Assembly: GCA_054600435.1 (NCBI GenBank)
Contig: BAAIJX010000027.1
Span: 124,001 to 188,000 of the forward strand
From: Neophaeotheca triangularis
Taxonomy: Eukaryota
Reading direction: 5' to 3'
DNA: 64,000 nucleotides
Shown: positions 31,594-43,923 of the stretch, piece after piece
Position numbering within the stretch: position 1 is the first letter of the stretch
How the letters are laid out: every line of letters starts with the position of its first letter
Made by a program: the position numbers and the translations under genes
The notes under the pieces: generated by a model
The model's input: the letters and a program-made list of their open reading frames with translations, nothing else
Databases searched by the model: none
Told to the model about the DNA's origin: nothing

Positions 31594-33228
31594 ATGCACT
31601 TCTCGCGCCTTTTCGCTGGCGTGGCCGCCGTCGCGCGTCTGGTCGCTGCCGGAGTCGTCGACGAGCGCGCTGTTCGTGAGTTGCTCACCATCCACCTCTT
31701 TACCACTGCCACAATGGCTGACCAAATCATAGCGCCGCCTGCATACGGAGACTCCACTGGAGCCGTCGAGCCAAGCGTCACGCGCATGGTACGTTGCCGC
31801 AATGCCTCTCCCGCTCCAGCACCCAGCTAACGTCGCATTACGCATCATTCCAGGTCATCATCAACTACATGCCTGCCGTGAGCGTCAGCACCGTCTACTC
31901 GACTTCCGATGTCACCGTCTACAGCTGCGCCTCTTCCGTCACCGACTGCCCGGCTGGGAGCACTAGCCTCGTCACCGCCGTCGTTCCTCTCTCTACCGTA
32001 AGATTGCGTTATACTGCTGTGCTAGCTCCGACACAATGCTGACAGTGAACATACAGACTCTCTGCCCCCTTACGCTCACGTCGGTTTCCACCAGCAACGT
32101 CACCCAAACGGCTTCTCCCACCGCGACGCCAGCCTCGGCTGAGAGCGGGACCTTGTCGCAGTCTGCCACTCCAGATGTCTCGTCGATCGGTGGAACCCTT
32201 GCAGGCTCTTCTCCAGCTTCCGAGAGTAGAAGTGCGGATGCGGATGCGGCTTCTGAAACTACGTCCTCTGCTCTTCAGACCCTCTACCGTACTGGAAGTT
32301 CGACCATGACAATCTTCTCTTCCGCGTGGCGCTCCGAGTCATCTTTGGCTTGGGATGTTTACTCCACGGAAGCACCCGATGGCACCAATTCTGCAGTCGC
32401 TACAATCGACGCCTCCAACGTGCCGGTCTATTTTCCAACCTCCTCTGAAGTGCCAAGCATCACTGGTGTTGTCGTAGACGGCGTTGGCGGTGCTTCAACT
32501 TCCAGTCCCACTGTGGACGCGGCAGGCGGCGCTTCAACTTCGACCCCGGTTTCCGATACCACTGGAATTCCTGTCTACGGCGTTCCGACTAGCGCTACCG
32601 ATGCAAACGGCAACACGGTGGATGCAGTTGGTGGTGCCTCAAGCTCCAGCCCAGCCTCTGATGTCACAGGGACTCCGGCCGAAGGCTCTATCCCGGTTTC
32701 CGGAGAGGTCACCTCCACTACTAGCATCACCTCCACCATCTTCTCGACGGAGCGCATTACCGTCAGTCAATCTACGGCGACGACCGGCAGCGTGGCAGCT
32801 GGCTCTGAGTCTCCCGTACCTACTGGAACCTCCAACGTAAGTCGAACTTCCTCATAATTAGGTGCAAGTGTCATCACTAACAGATTAATATGCAGAACGA
32901 GACCGTGGTGATCTGTTACGACGGAAACGGCTTGTCCAGCGCGTGTCCTCCGACCAGCTCCACCGTGGCCGACGCAGCCGATGGCACTGTACCAGCCAGC
33001 AGCAACCCCTACAGCTTCGTCCCGTCGACTTCGACCAGCGTTGTCATCGTGGATGCATCCGGTGGCGCGTCTGGCCTTCCCGTTGCCTCCAACAACGGTT
33101 CCCTTGGTTCGACAACGCAGTCCGCAATCCCAACACCCTTCACCGGTGACGGTGTAGCCACAACTTACGACTCAAAGATCTTCATCTGCTGGGCTCTGGC
33201 CCTATTCGGCGGTATCCTCCTCATCTAA
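31594..33228 (+). CDS. Secreted Ser/Thr-rich, probably GPI-anchored protein
   Basis: Signal peptide MHFSRLFAGVAAVARLVAA, motif TVYSCASSVTDCP, S/T-rich body and hydrophobic tail after PFTGDG. Four short introns at about 31676-31731, 31789-31853, 31998-32056 and 32837-32895. Confidence 0.8.
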
Positions 33229-34120
33229 GGATGGATTCACCGCGACCCGATCATCAGTGTCTTTTTTGGCCCGACGACTCGGCGTTTTAGCATTGTCGGG
33301 TGGTCTTTGCAGTTTTTTCTTCTCTTCACAGCAACCGCCAGCAAGCTCTGCTGGCTTTTACGCTACATGGTTATGATAGCATGCCTATTCATGTACCTTG
33401 TAGTGTGATGTGGGCGGTTGCATTTAGGTTAGTATCGGGACAGATCAGTAGAAAATGGAAACACATGTGTTAGTCTGAAGCTCGCTTGCCTTTGTCAATG
33501 TCATGCAGTCGACAAGTTTCGGCATCGTTGTCTCGCACAGACTTGCTCCCGGAGGTTGACAACGTGAAGAAGCAGACAGAGGTGAGGTGTCGTCTGGCCA
33601 TTTGTCTGCACTTGTCTATATGTGGATTAGCACGAGGCAGACCTTCAGCCTGTCTCCAGAGTCCAGACACTCAAGAGTCAATCGTCACCTTAAGGTACAT
33701 GTAAGCACGGGTAAGGTAAGCTTCCAAGAGCCCCCACCACCACGACCACCGCCCACGCTGGCGGCCCCACTGGCTGGAGCGAGGTTCACCAGTTCAGCTC
33801 AGCCCTGTGCCTTTCCAACGCATGCATGTGCTTGCTTGCTTTGCTGACACTTCTTCCTTTCTTACTTCCCCCCCACACCCCCAATTGCTCTCCAATCTAG
33901 CACACCACCGGCGCATCATTCAATAGCTGGCAGAACTATGATACTCTAGGGCTCTCTTTGACTACTCATCGTCATTGTTGCTTTTGAGCCGTTCGACGAC
34001 TTGCAGTCCATTCACTCACTACACCCAAGGACAGGCAACAGGCCTCGATATCCGCTCTAGCCGCTTCCCGATACCCACTCACTCCCACTCCGACATACTA
34101 TTCGGCTCGACTCACAAACA

Positions 34121-35353
34121 ATGTCTCAACCCAACGCCCAAGTCCAGCCTTGTCGGTACAAGACGGGTAAGACCCTCGGTGCCGGCAGCTACAGCGTCGT
34201 TAAAGAGTGCGTACACATCGACACTGGCCGCTACTATGCCGCCAAAGTCATCAACAAGCGTCTCATGGCCGGGCGGGAACACATGGTGCGCAACGAGATC
34301 GCCGTACTCAAGCGCGTTTCCATGGGACATCAGAACATCCTGACACTGGTGGACTACTTTGAGACCATGAACAACCTGTACCTCGTGACCGACCTCGCCC
34401 TGGGAGGAGAGCTGTTCGACCGTATTTGCAGAAAGGGGAGCTACTACGAGAGTGATGCTGCGGAATTGATACGGGCTACCCTGAGCGCTGTCGCGTACTT
34501 ACATGACCACGGCATCGTGCATCGCGATTTGAAGCCGGAGAACCTCCTCTTCAGGACGCCCGAAGACAACGCCGATCTACTGATAGCCGATTTTGGTCTG
34601 AGTCGCATCATGGACGAGGAGCAATTCCACGTTCTCACAACCACCTGCGGGACACCGGGATACATGGCGCCGGAGATTTTCAAGAAGAGCGGCCACGGCA
34701 AGCCCGTCGACGTCTGGGCCATCGGCGTCATAACGTACTTTCTGCTCTGCGGTTACACGCCCTTTGACCGAGATAGCAACTTGGAGGAAATGCAGGCCAT
34801 CCTCGTCGCCGACTACTCGTTCACGCCGCTCGAATACTGGCGCGGCGTCAGCGTTACCGCACGGCAGTTCATCAAGCGCTGTCTGACCATCGAGCCTACC
34901 AAGCGCATGACCGCCCACGAGGCGCTGAGTCATGAGTGGATCGCCGGCCCCGAAAGCGGCAGAGGCGAGGAAGATCTGCTACCGACCGTCAAGAAGAACT
35001 TCAACGCCAGACGGACGTTGCACAAGGCCATTGATACTGTCAGGGCTATCAACCAACTCAGAGCCGGCGGGCTGGGCATGATGGATGGAGCGCAGTCCAC
35101 GGCGCCGCAACGGCACCAACCGGAAGCGCCAACGGCCGCGGGGACGGGCGCGGAAAGGAGCAAGGATGCTCAGGGCGACGTGTCCATGGCGGACGCGGGC
35201 GGAAACAGCGCGGTTGATAGTCTCGACCCGCGAGGCAACGGGCGTGGGCAAACTGAAGAGCAGATTCAGGAACAAGAGCGACGGTTAGAGCAAGTACAGA
35301 AAGGGTTGTGGGAGGGTAGGGGTAGGAACCCGCAACAGGGCCAAGCAGCGTGA
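34121..35353 (+). CDS. cmkA: Calcium/calmodulin-dependent protein kinase (CmkA/Cmk1-2 type)
   Basis: GAGSYSVV, AAK, HRDLKPEN, DFG and TTCGTPGYMAPE. CaM-binding segment FNARRTLHKAIDTVRAINQL. Confidence 0.93.
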   Translation: MSQPNAQVQPCRYKTGKTLGAGSYSVVKECVHIDTGRYYAAKVINKRLMAGREHMVRNEIAVLKRVSMGHQNILTLVDYFETMNNLYLVTDLALGGELFDRICRKGSYYESDAAELIRATLSAVAYLHDHGIVHRDLKPENLLFRTPEDNADLLIADFGLSRIMDEEQFHVLTTTCGTPGYMAPEIFKKSGHGKPVDVWAIGVITYFLLCGYTPFDRDSNLEEMQAILVADYSFTPLEYWRGVSVTARQFIKRCLTIEPTKRMTAHEALSHEWIAGPESGRGEEDLLPTVKKNFNARRTLHKAIDTVRAINQLRAGGLGMMDGAQSTAPQRHQPEAPTAAGTGAERSKDAQGDVSMADAGGNSAVDSLDPRGNGRGQTEEQIQEQERRLEQVQKGLWEGRGRNPQQGQAA

Positions 35354-35923
35354 GCACTAGTACGGCGTGATGGGATCTTTTCTTTTATGGGACACGAAGT
35401 AATGATAGTGTATAGGAGGTTTAGGGGACGAGGGAGCTCGTCCGATGAGCTACGGCCGTGCTGCTGATACCCTCTTTCGCCAGCATTTTTCTTTGGCATG
35501 GCTATGATAAGCAATAATAGTCTTTGCGTGGCATCTTTCATTCTATTCCGAAGCTTCTCTGCTGTAAGCTCGCATTTGATGCTCCCCATACATGATGTCG
35601 TATCAAGCCCAAAATCTTGCCGAAGCGCATTTCCAGTGTTTAATGGCCGCCCTGCAGCCCTTGTAAACGCGATCCCCATCACGACGCCAATCGCAGGCAC
35701 GGAGCGGTGCCTTTGGAGTTTGCCCTCGAAGCTGTCGCGGCCACGTTGGTCGGTTGGCAGATCAAGTGTGAATCCGCATCAGTGGCACCATAGTGCTGCC
35801 CTGGTCTCGCTCACAACCCATTCTCCCCGCCCAGACGTACCATCTCCGTACCGCAACAGAGATAAAACTCAGAACCTCACAGCCATAGCCCCAAGCCTCT
35901 CCACAACCTCCTCTTACCCGCTT

Positions 35924-36484
35924 TCAATCCCCCTTCCCCTCAACCCGATAGACATCGACCCCAAACAACCTTTGCACGAACCAAGAATGCCCCGCAACAC
36001 TAATCGGCCCTCCCCTCCAAAGCGGCAGCACCTCCCCCCTGCCCACCCGCCTCCGCCTCCTCACATCCTCCAACAGCGTCCCGCGCTGGAAACTCACCAC
36101 ATCCCTGCCCTCGACCCTCCCGCTGCCGACCCCGGCCGCCAAAGCCCAAAGCCCAACAGCGTCCAAGCTCCCGCTCCACCCGTTCTGGCCACCGAGTTTC
36201 CACATCTCGCTCGCGCTGTAGCTGGCTTTTTCGTCCACGGGGATGCCATCGAGCAGCGTTTTCTTGGTGGGGACCGAGGGCACGTGGATGTCGAGGCTGA
36301 GGAGCGATGTGTTGCGGAGCGTGAGGTGGCGGCCGATTGCTATGGCGAGGGCGACGGGGAAGTCGAGGCCCAGAGATAGGTTGCCCGTTAGGGAGTCTGT
36401 TAGGCGGATCGTCTGCGTGTTGGGGTGGGGGGTGCGGTTGGAGTAGAAGGAGAGGAGGTTGTGGAAGGGCGCTTCTTGGGACAT
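35924..36484 (-). CDS. Conserved hypothetical protein, 186 aa
   Basis: ATG-started ORF in a C-rich start context with a globular-looking sequence (NLSLGLDFPVALAIAIGRH, PLWRGGPISVAGHSWFV). No family recognised. Confidence 0.7.
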   Translation of the reverse strand: MSQEAPFHNLLSFYSNRTPHPNTQTIRLTDSLTGNLSLGLDFPVALAIAIGRHLTLRNTSLLSLDIHVPSVPTKKTLLDGIPVDEKASYSASEMWKLGGQNGWSGSLDAVGLWALAAGVGSGRVEGRDVVSFQRGTLLEDVRRRRRVGRGEVLPLWRGGPISVAGHSWFVQRLFGVDVYRVEGKGD

Positions 36485-36942
36485 GTTGGATGGGTTGGTT
36501 TTTTGGGGTACTTATGGCAGAGGGGATTATACGTCAGAGAGCGAGTTCAACGATGTTGACATACGATCGAGATGGACAGGTTGGTAGGGAGGAGGAGCTG
36601 GAGGCGTCTTATTCGAAGCTGTGGGAGTACCTTTCAACCTTGGAACTTTGTTACATGAATACCTTATGCGGAGTGCTCGTCATTGATGCATATGATACGG
36701 GTCAGGGTTATAACATTATTCCAGCCTGTACATTTGTTCGACCTGGAAGAGGAGAACAAAAAACATAGGTTTCCGTACCTACCCATAAAATAAAGAGACA
36801 ATGAATGTTTGCTGCCTTTTTAGTAGGCATATAAGCCTTAATTTCCTTTATTACTTATAGAAAAGATATAAATCCTAAGGTCAGGACCTAAATTCTAATG
36901 TAGCAAAAAAAAAAAAACCTCGCAAAAAAGTAATGGACATTT

Positions 36943-37031
36943 AGCTCCCCACCTGGTTCGAACAAGTGACCTTAGGATAGTAGCATTAACTTCAACTGCA
37001 ATCCCACGCTCTACCGCTGAGCTAGAGGAGC
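36943..37031 (-). tRNA. tRNA-Cys(GCA) with 17-nt intron (36979-36995)
   Basis: Acceptor stem GCTCCTC/GGGGAGC with U discriminator, D arm GCTC-AGCGGTA-GAGC, anticodon stem TGGGA/TCCTA with TT-GCA-G^A loop, and T arm ACTTG-TTCGAAC-CAGGT. T6 and T13 runs downstream. Confidence 0.95.
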
Positions 37032-37848
37032 CAACAGTGAATTCGAGGATCGCCAAACCCAGATGATTTACTGTGCGATCTCTATCCACTTGATGGCGTA
37101 AGGGGAACTGTCCTCCCACCTGTTTTTATCAAATATAATATTTTTAATTCCAGATGGAGTTTCCCAAATTTCAAGTGTTTGCTTGTCAATCCAAGTTTGT
37201 TGGATTTTAACACTTTGTGCTCTATTCCCTGTATTCCCTGTAATCAGCAAGACACTTGAATCTGGATTCTGAGGTCGGATAACTGCCTTACCTACCCAAG
37301 GCATCCGATGGCGTCAGTCACAGTCGTGATGCAGCATGATGTCGGCAGCACATGCCCGCTCACGGCCGAGAATTCAGCTGCTTGGTGGAGCACGTCGCTT
37401 TGTGGCATGCAAGAACAAGTTCCAACTCCAAGTGCTGCGTGAGCTGGTAACGCCTTCCACACTACTTCCATACCGGCTGATCCTACATAACGACTGTAGA
37501 TCTCGACTGCAGGTGGGCAAAACTGCTGACCCGGTCAACGATCATACTCGGTTGCACTGCATACCTCCTACCAGCGACCCTCTGATACTCCGAACCTCAT
37601 CCTAGGCATCTGACTGCATCTTTCGCTTGTATATAACACTCTTGCTACTTCGCCCTCTCAACGCGACTCGGGTTTTTTTTTCTCATCCTACGCATACACA
37701 TTCATCAAGCGAGCATCCATACCTACGCGTTGAGATAGCACCTTTTCGTAGGCCGATCAGTACGAAGTATCAACACCTCTCGACTTCCCACTCAACTACC
37801 CACTCGAAGACCCCGAGCAACTGCCATCGCGCGTTACGACAATCCATA

Positions 37849-39162
37849 ATGGATTCTGTGCGAGATTTGATCGACTCGGGTCGCCGCGCTGCCGCTGACG
37901 TTCTCAGCGCTGGCGGAATCGAACGAGATGCGCCCTGGTCGCCCGATGTACCAGAAGACCTGCGCAGCTGGCTGCCCGACATATTCGATCGGTTTCCCAT
38001 CGTTCTTCCTTGGTCGCAAGCCGAGCCTGTAGATCCTGCCAAACACCACGTCTGGATACTCGACAACACGGCTTTTCCAGCTCCTGGACTTGGTGATCGA
38101 AGACCTGCGTTGCAAACAGCGGCTGATCCGAAGAAGACTAAGCCCGAAAGTATTGATGCTAGCGGCAAACGTGAAGAGGTTTCTACCTCCGGCGTTTGGG
38201 ATGTGGAGTTCGTCGCTGCCTACTTCATCAAAAACTCCGGTCGAGACCATTCACAAATCGTGGCTCGCATTGCTGATATATGCAACATTCGAGATGACGA
38301 CTCTCCAACTCGGGACCGTATCGCCAAGCGGCTTCAGCCCTTCCTCGACACGGTACTGCCGAAACGTACCATGCGTATCAACATTAATGACAAAGAAGAG
38401 CAGACTCTTGGCGCTTCCAACATGAGCGGAGTCAGTACGGATCTTTTGCAGCTGCACTTCGATCCGAAGGAGAGTCAGATTCAGTCTTCGGCGATCAACC
38501 TGCCACCTCCCTTTACCATCCCGGCCGTCACTGTCCTAGCTGAGGAAAGAGGCTGGGGTGTCATCAGCGACATAGATGACACAATCAAAGTTACCAAGAC
38601 GCCTTCTCCCATCGAAGTACTCAAGGCAACATTCATCAAGGAGACGCCAGAGCCAGTCGCCGGCATGCCTGAGCTGTATGCGGATATGCACTCAGTTCTA
38701 GGGTCTCCGGCTTGGTTCTATCTTTCCGCCTCACCTTACAATCTGTACCCATTCTTGCGCCAGTTCCGCAACGATCACTTTACGCAAGGCACTATGATTC
38801 TTCGCGACGCCTCGTGGCAGAATCTCGGCGGTCTCATCACGTCTTTGTCTCGAGGAACGCAGGAATACAAAGCGGACCGTATCGAGAAGATTCATTCGTG
38901 GTTTCCCCGCAGGAAGTTCATCTTGATCGGAGACAGCACTCAAACCGACCCTGAGGCTTACGCAGAGGTTGCCAAGAAGTACAGCGACTGGGTGAAGGCC
39001 ATCTTCATCCGGAAAGTTACGGGAATCGACGAGATGGACGAGTCGAAGAACGAGGATGCTCGGTTCGAGAAGGCATTCGAAGGTGTCGACAAGGGTGTTT
39101 GGAAGGTTTTTACCGAGCCGGGGGAGTTGAGGGCCAAGATCAATGAACTGGCTGCCTCGTAG
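37849..39162 (+). CDS. App1-type phosphatidate phosphatase domain protein
   Basis: HAD-like DxDxT motif GVISDIDDTIK, YLSASPYNLY, FILIGDSTQTDPEAY and IFIRKV. First ATG at 37849. Confidence 0.87.
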   Translation: MDSVRDLIDSGRRAAADVLSAGGIERDAPWSPDVPEDLRSWLPDIFDRFPIVLPWSQAEPVDPAKHHVWILDNTAFPAPGLGDRRPALQTAADPKKTKPESIDASGKREEVSTSGVWDVEFVAAYFIKNSGRDHSQIVARIADICNIRDDDSPTRDRIAKRLQPFLDTVLPKRTMRININDKEEQTLGASNMSGVSTDLLQLHFDPKESQIQSSAINLPPPFTIPAVTVLAEERGWGVISDIDDTIKVTKTPSPIEVLKATFIKETPEPVAGMPELYADMHSVLGSPAWFYLSASPYNLYPFLRQFRNDHFTQGTMILRDASWQNLGGLITSLSRGTQEYKADRIEKIHSWFPRRKFILIGDSTQTDPEAYAEVAKKYSDWVKAIFIRKVTGIDEMDESKNEDARFEKAFEGVDKGVWKVFTEPGELRAKINELAAS

Positions 39163-40533
39163 TCTCAAATTGGAAATCATTAATTGACGAGGGTGATGAT
39201 GAATCGTTGGTGCTTGGTTTGGGAAGGCTTTTGACAATGGATGCGGCATCATTTCATCTCACATACTCGCGCTAGCATGATACGCTCATTGACAGTGAAC
39301 TGGATGTAGGGATGGGAAACGACTCGATGGTCCATGGATGTATTCACAACACAAACTCTAAGCCTAGGCTGTGTCGATTCGGGCTAGCTGAACTAGTCAT
39401 ATTACTCTCCTACTATGTGCATCGCCCTCACCCGCCTCACCCACTTTAAATATTTCATTTGGTAGACTTTTGCATCTTACCACCGCAGCCGACCTTGGAC
39501 ATGCGTTAAAAGTAGTAAATTTCACGTGCTGTTGTGAACTTCATGTGCTTCGACCATAACATTGCCGCTTCGCATGACAGATCGGGCGACATGTGACCGA
39601 ATACCTACCTGCCACTACCACCTGATGCCCCTAGACTCTAGAGGTATTCGCGAGTTGCCCTCGCTAAATTACCACTCCCTCGACCTAGGAGGTATTACCG
39701 TATTACCCAGGTAGGTAGTCGTCATTCTGGTCTCCATCTAACTTGTTCCGAACCTTAAGGTAGGTTCTCTTCATCATTAGACGCCGCCGCCGCTATACGC
39801 AAGCACCGAGATGAGACCGCAGGACAAGCGATTTAGTTGCATTGGACATACGGTAGGAGACTTGTTAGTAAGGGTCCGTCCGTTGCGAATCTACGATGCT
39901 GCCATGTTGACAACAACCCAGGTACCTCCTATACAAGTACATACTACACACTACATACATAATAGGTACTACCCGCCCCGCCAACACGTCTTGTCGCGTT
40001 CCAAGGTTCCTGACTAGCGATGGAAAGGGCGCATCCAGAATCCAGATGCATCAATAATAATAATAATAATGCAGGTGCCCTTATGCCTATCGGCCCGTTT
40101 CGGCGCATCTGTGGAGTAATCTCCATCAATCCCCGGGCTACGCGGGGGGGGATTACCTCATATCTACCCCAGCCAAAAGTTCAAGACCTCAGTTCCATAG
40201 GTACCTTACGGTACTACTAGTAGTATGGAACTATATGGAACTTATGAGCTTCTACCCCAAAGCAGGTAAGGTAAGGTTGTTGTGAGACGCCGCTGCCAGT
40301 CATGCACGTGGTTAACTCGTGCTCGATTGGCGCATCGACGACTGACTGACTGCATGAGGTGGGTGCCCTTCGGAAGATTCGACTCCCCTCTAACGTTAAC
40401 CTTCCATATCCTCCATTTGCCTACTTAAGGAGCCTTCGTCCGCCCATCATGTAGGTACAGTCGGTTTTTTCCTACATCCCTCCCACTACCTCTCCTCCAT
40501 ACACTCTTTTTTCTTCTTCAATATCGTCGCGAA

Positions 40534-42554
40534 ATGAAGTCGGCCTTCACTTCTGCCAGCGTGCTGCTGGGAAGCCTTGCACACTCCGCCTTTGCTCAGG
40601 ACTCATACGCAGGCAATGCCTCCAGTCAGGCTACACTCACAGCCGACATGGTCGAATCCATGGGCAACAACTCCTTGTTCACGCGCTGGAGGCCGCAATA
40701 CCACTTCCTCGCACCTGCAGGATGGATGAATGACCCCTGCGGAGCAATGTACGACCCAACTCGCGATACCTACCATCTCTTCTACCAGTGGCATCCTGAG
40801 CACATCAACTGGGGCAACATCAGCTGGGGCCACGCTACAAGCAAAGACCTCATCACCTGGACCGACGTCGGAGGCTGGGAGGGCAGAAATGCCGCTGCCC
40901 TCGAACCCACTGGCAATGGCAGCTACAATGGCTTGGGCATCTTCAGCGGTACTGCGCAACCGGTGAATTTGCAGGGCGAGGTCGACGGAACCTTGACCAT
41001 CTTCTACACGAGCATCTCGAAGCTTCCCACAAACTGGCAGATTGAATACCAACCATACACCGAAACGCAAAGCATCGCTTACAGCGAAGACGGCGGTGAG
41101 ACGTGGCAACAGTACGAAAACAACCCGTACATCAATGCTACCACCAACATGCCGCCCATGAGCTGGAATCTCACTGGTTTCCGTGATCCTTTCGTCGAGC
41201 CCTGGCCGGAGATGGACGATATCCTCGGATATGACGAGCCGCACTACTACTCGGTATGGGGTGCAGGCATCAAGGGTGTTGGCCCTCGTGTACCATTCTG
41301 GACCGCTCCTGCCAATGACCTCACCGACTGGACCTTCCTTGGTGCGTTGTGGGAGCCGGATGCAAACACAACGCTCGGCCCGCTTTTGTCGACCGGAACT
41401 TATGGCTTCAACATGGAAGTTTCGGGTTTCTTCTCCCTCGATGACAGCAAGGGCAACGTACACTACTATGCCCAGGTAGGCGTGGAGGTTCCTCCTGGTG
41501 ACATCGAATTCCACCCCTCCAACCACTGGTCGCTTTGGAACGAGGGCACAGTCTCCCGTCGTGAGAATGGAAGCGCCGAGTTCACGCCTATTGCTGGTGG
41601 TCTTGCTGACTCTGGCAACGCGTACGCGCTGACCAGCTTTTACGACAGCAAGAACGACCGACGTGTGCAGTGGGCCTGGGCGCCCGAAGATCTAGGTGGC
41701 GAGGACGGTCTTTTCAGCGCCAATCAGCAAGGATTCCAGGGTTCTCTCGCCCTTCCTCGTGAACTCTTTGTTCACGAAACGAGCAATGTCGTCAACAGCG
41801 ACAACGGTACCCTCACGACCAACCGCAATTCCGTTCTCACCCAAGAATCAAGGGGAAACTTTACGGCCATGACGCTTGGCATTCGACCTTTGCCCGATGT
41901 CGTAGAAGGCATCCGCAACGGGTCAACTCAAACCTCTTACGTGGGCAACACATACAACTCTTCGAGTATTCTAAGCCAAGCGGGGTCTCAGCACATGGAA
42001 CTCAAGGCCACCGTCCGATCGGCCACAGGCGCGTGCGGTCTTGTCGTGGCATGCTCGCCGGACATGGATGAGATGACGACGATCACGTACCAACCGAGCA
42101 ACCACACGATTCTTATCGACCGCTCGCAGAGCAGCATGATCGATCAGTTCGGCAACCACACCGTGACCGGTTATTTCTACCCTTATACCATAGTCCAGCC
42201 CGATGGATCGGAGGAGATTGAGTCCATCACCATGGACGTTTTCCTCGATGGCTCGCTGCTCGAAGTCTACGTCAACGATCGTTTCGCTCTTGCCACTAGA
42301 ATCTACCCATCCATGCAATCAAGCACTGGCTACGGTGTCTACGTCGAGGATGGTGAGAGTGCCGTCTTCGACACAGTGTCGTCGTGGTCGACCTTGTACA
42401 ACGTTTGGCCTGAGCGTCCGCTCAACAGTAAGTTCGCGCTTTATGTCTCCAAATAGGGGTCCATGTGCTAACCAGTTCAACAATAGCCTCTGCTGAGCTC
42501 GTTTTCGATACCGCTGAGGAGACTAACAACTATACTTGGTGGGCGGGGAACTGA
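40534..42554 (+). CDS. Secreted GH32 beta-fructofuranosidase / invertase
   Basis: Signal peptide, WMNDPCG, WGHATS, FSG, FRDPF and FNMEV (acid/base Glu). Intron 42428-42486 gives the C-terminus NTSAELVFDTAEETNNYTWWAGN*. Confidence 0.94.
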
Positions 42555-42859
42555 GCAGTGTTTCAATGTCACTAGTGCTTGAGTAAGCTCATTGTATAGT
42601 CTTGTATTCTATCATTGATGATGATACGACATATTGCTTCTCAAATTGTCTCCTTGAGTGCACGTTTTCACGACTAAATGGCTCCATGCTGACCCCCGAC
42701 TTGAACCAATCAGCATCTGGAAGTTGATCACGCGAACAACTCCCGACCGCTTTCATCTTCACTTCACCTTCACCTTCGCTTTTGGAGATCCCACCTCATG
42801 CACCTTCGTTAAATTTGTTCAGCGACTCGACTGTCTCTTAAGCGTCTTCATTTTAACCA

Positions 42860-43490
42860 GAACAAGCGCTACCCAATGCGTGTACAAGGAGATGCTGGTA
42901 TGGTCAGCCCGTCCGGCGCCTGTCAGGGGCAGATGCGCTTCCGATGGCTGGATTTCTGAGCCGCTGGGCCAGACCACCACTACCACCGACCTCGTGATGC
43001 CTCTAATCTATCGAGCACCCGAAGTCACATTGGAGATGGATTGGAACGAGAAGATTGACATCCGGTCGATCGGGGTAATGGCCTGGAACCTTTTGCAAGG
43101 ACGCTGCTTGTTTTTCAACAAGCCACGAGATCCGCAGCGACGACTTGCATCTGGCAGAGACGACGGCTTTGCTTGAGCCTCCGTCACCTGAATTCCTTCG
43201 ACAAAGCACGCCATGTTCAGCACTTTTGGGAAAGCGAAGGTGAGCGCCAAGCTTTGCACCATCGCTCGATAAACGCTGAAGAAACTAGGAAATTGGAGAG
43301 GCAGCACGCCCTTTCCGGAAATTTTTCTCTCGACAGCTGCGAAACTGTCCTTTCCGGCGTGGAGTGGACGATGTTCCTCGACTTCGCACGATCGGCGCTT
43401 CGATGGATCCCCGGGGGAAAGGCCTACGGCGGAAGAACTTGCCTATGACGAATCTTTGACGCAGGTTGTGCTCGCGAGTCCTGTAGGTGC
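42860..43490 (+). pseudogene. Fragment of an SRPK-like (CMGC) protein kinase
   Basis: VMPLIYRAPEVTLEMDWNEKIDIRSIGVMAWNLLQG, then FLDFARSALRWIP with RPTAEEL in a shifted frame. No HRD, DFG or N-lobe; frameshifts present. Confidence 0.72.
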
Positions 43491-43923
43491 TGAGCCTTGG
43501 GCAAGACATTCGTTCGGTTCAATACATGAGGTAAGTGATAGCAAGTGATAGCGCCGGGTGAAAGACTCGTTGGTAGGTTTTTGGTTACTTGGCAGTCATC
43601 CGCTTCCTTCAGAAGGGAAAACCCATAGCAAGAGGGCAGAGTCCGACCCTGCGCGAATTCATGGCTAAGCGTCTGAGGGACCTGTGACGAAAGCCTGTCG
43701 ACAGTGTTGAGATTCTGCTTTGCAGTGGAAGGAAGAAAGAAACGACTCAGTATATTAACTATGTCTAAGCGTTGTGCGTACACTCAACCACCGCCTGATG
43801 ATCATACAGCTGAATGTAAGTCGAGGAGATACGAAATCGTCTTCGCCAGCAGAAGTCATAGAATATTCCTGCAATGATCCATTACTTTGTAGAGAAGAGT
43901 GCAAAGTCCGACTAAACAGCTCC

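Noticed and set aside
35498..36379. 293-aa plus-strand ORF
   Set aside because: It overlaps the better-supported minus-strand gene 35924-36484 and is a Pro-rich shadow.
40603..41526. 307-aa minus-strand ORF
   Set aside because: It is antisense to the GH32 gene, as expected from codon bias.
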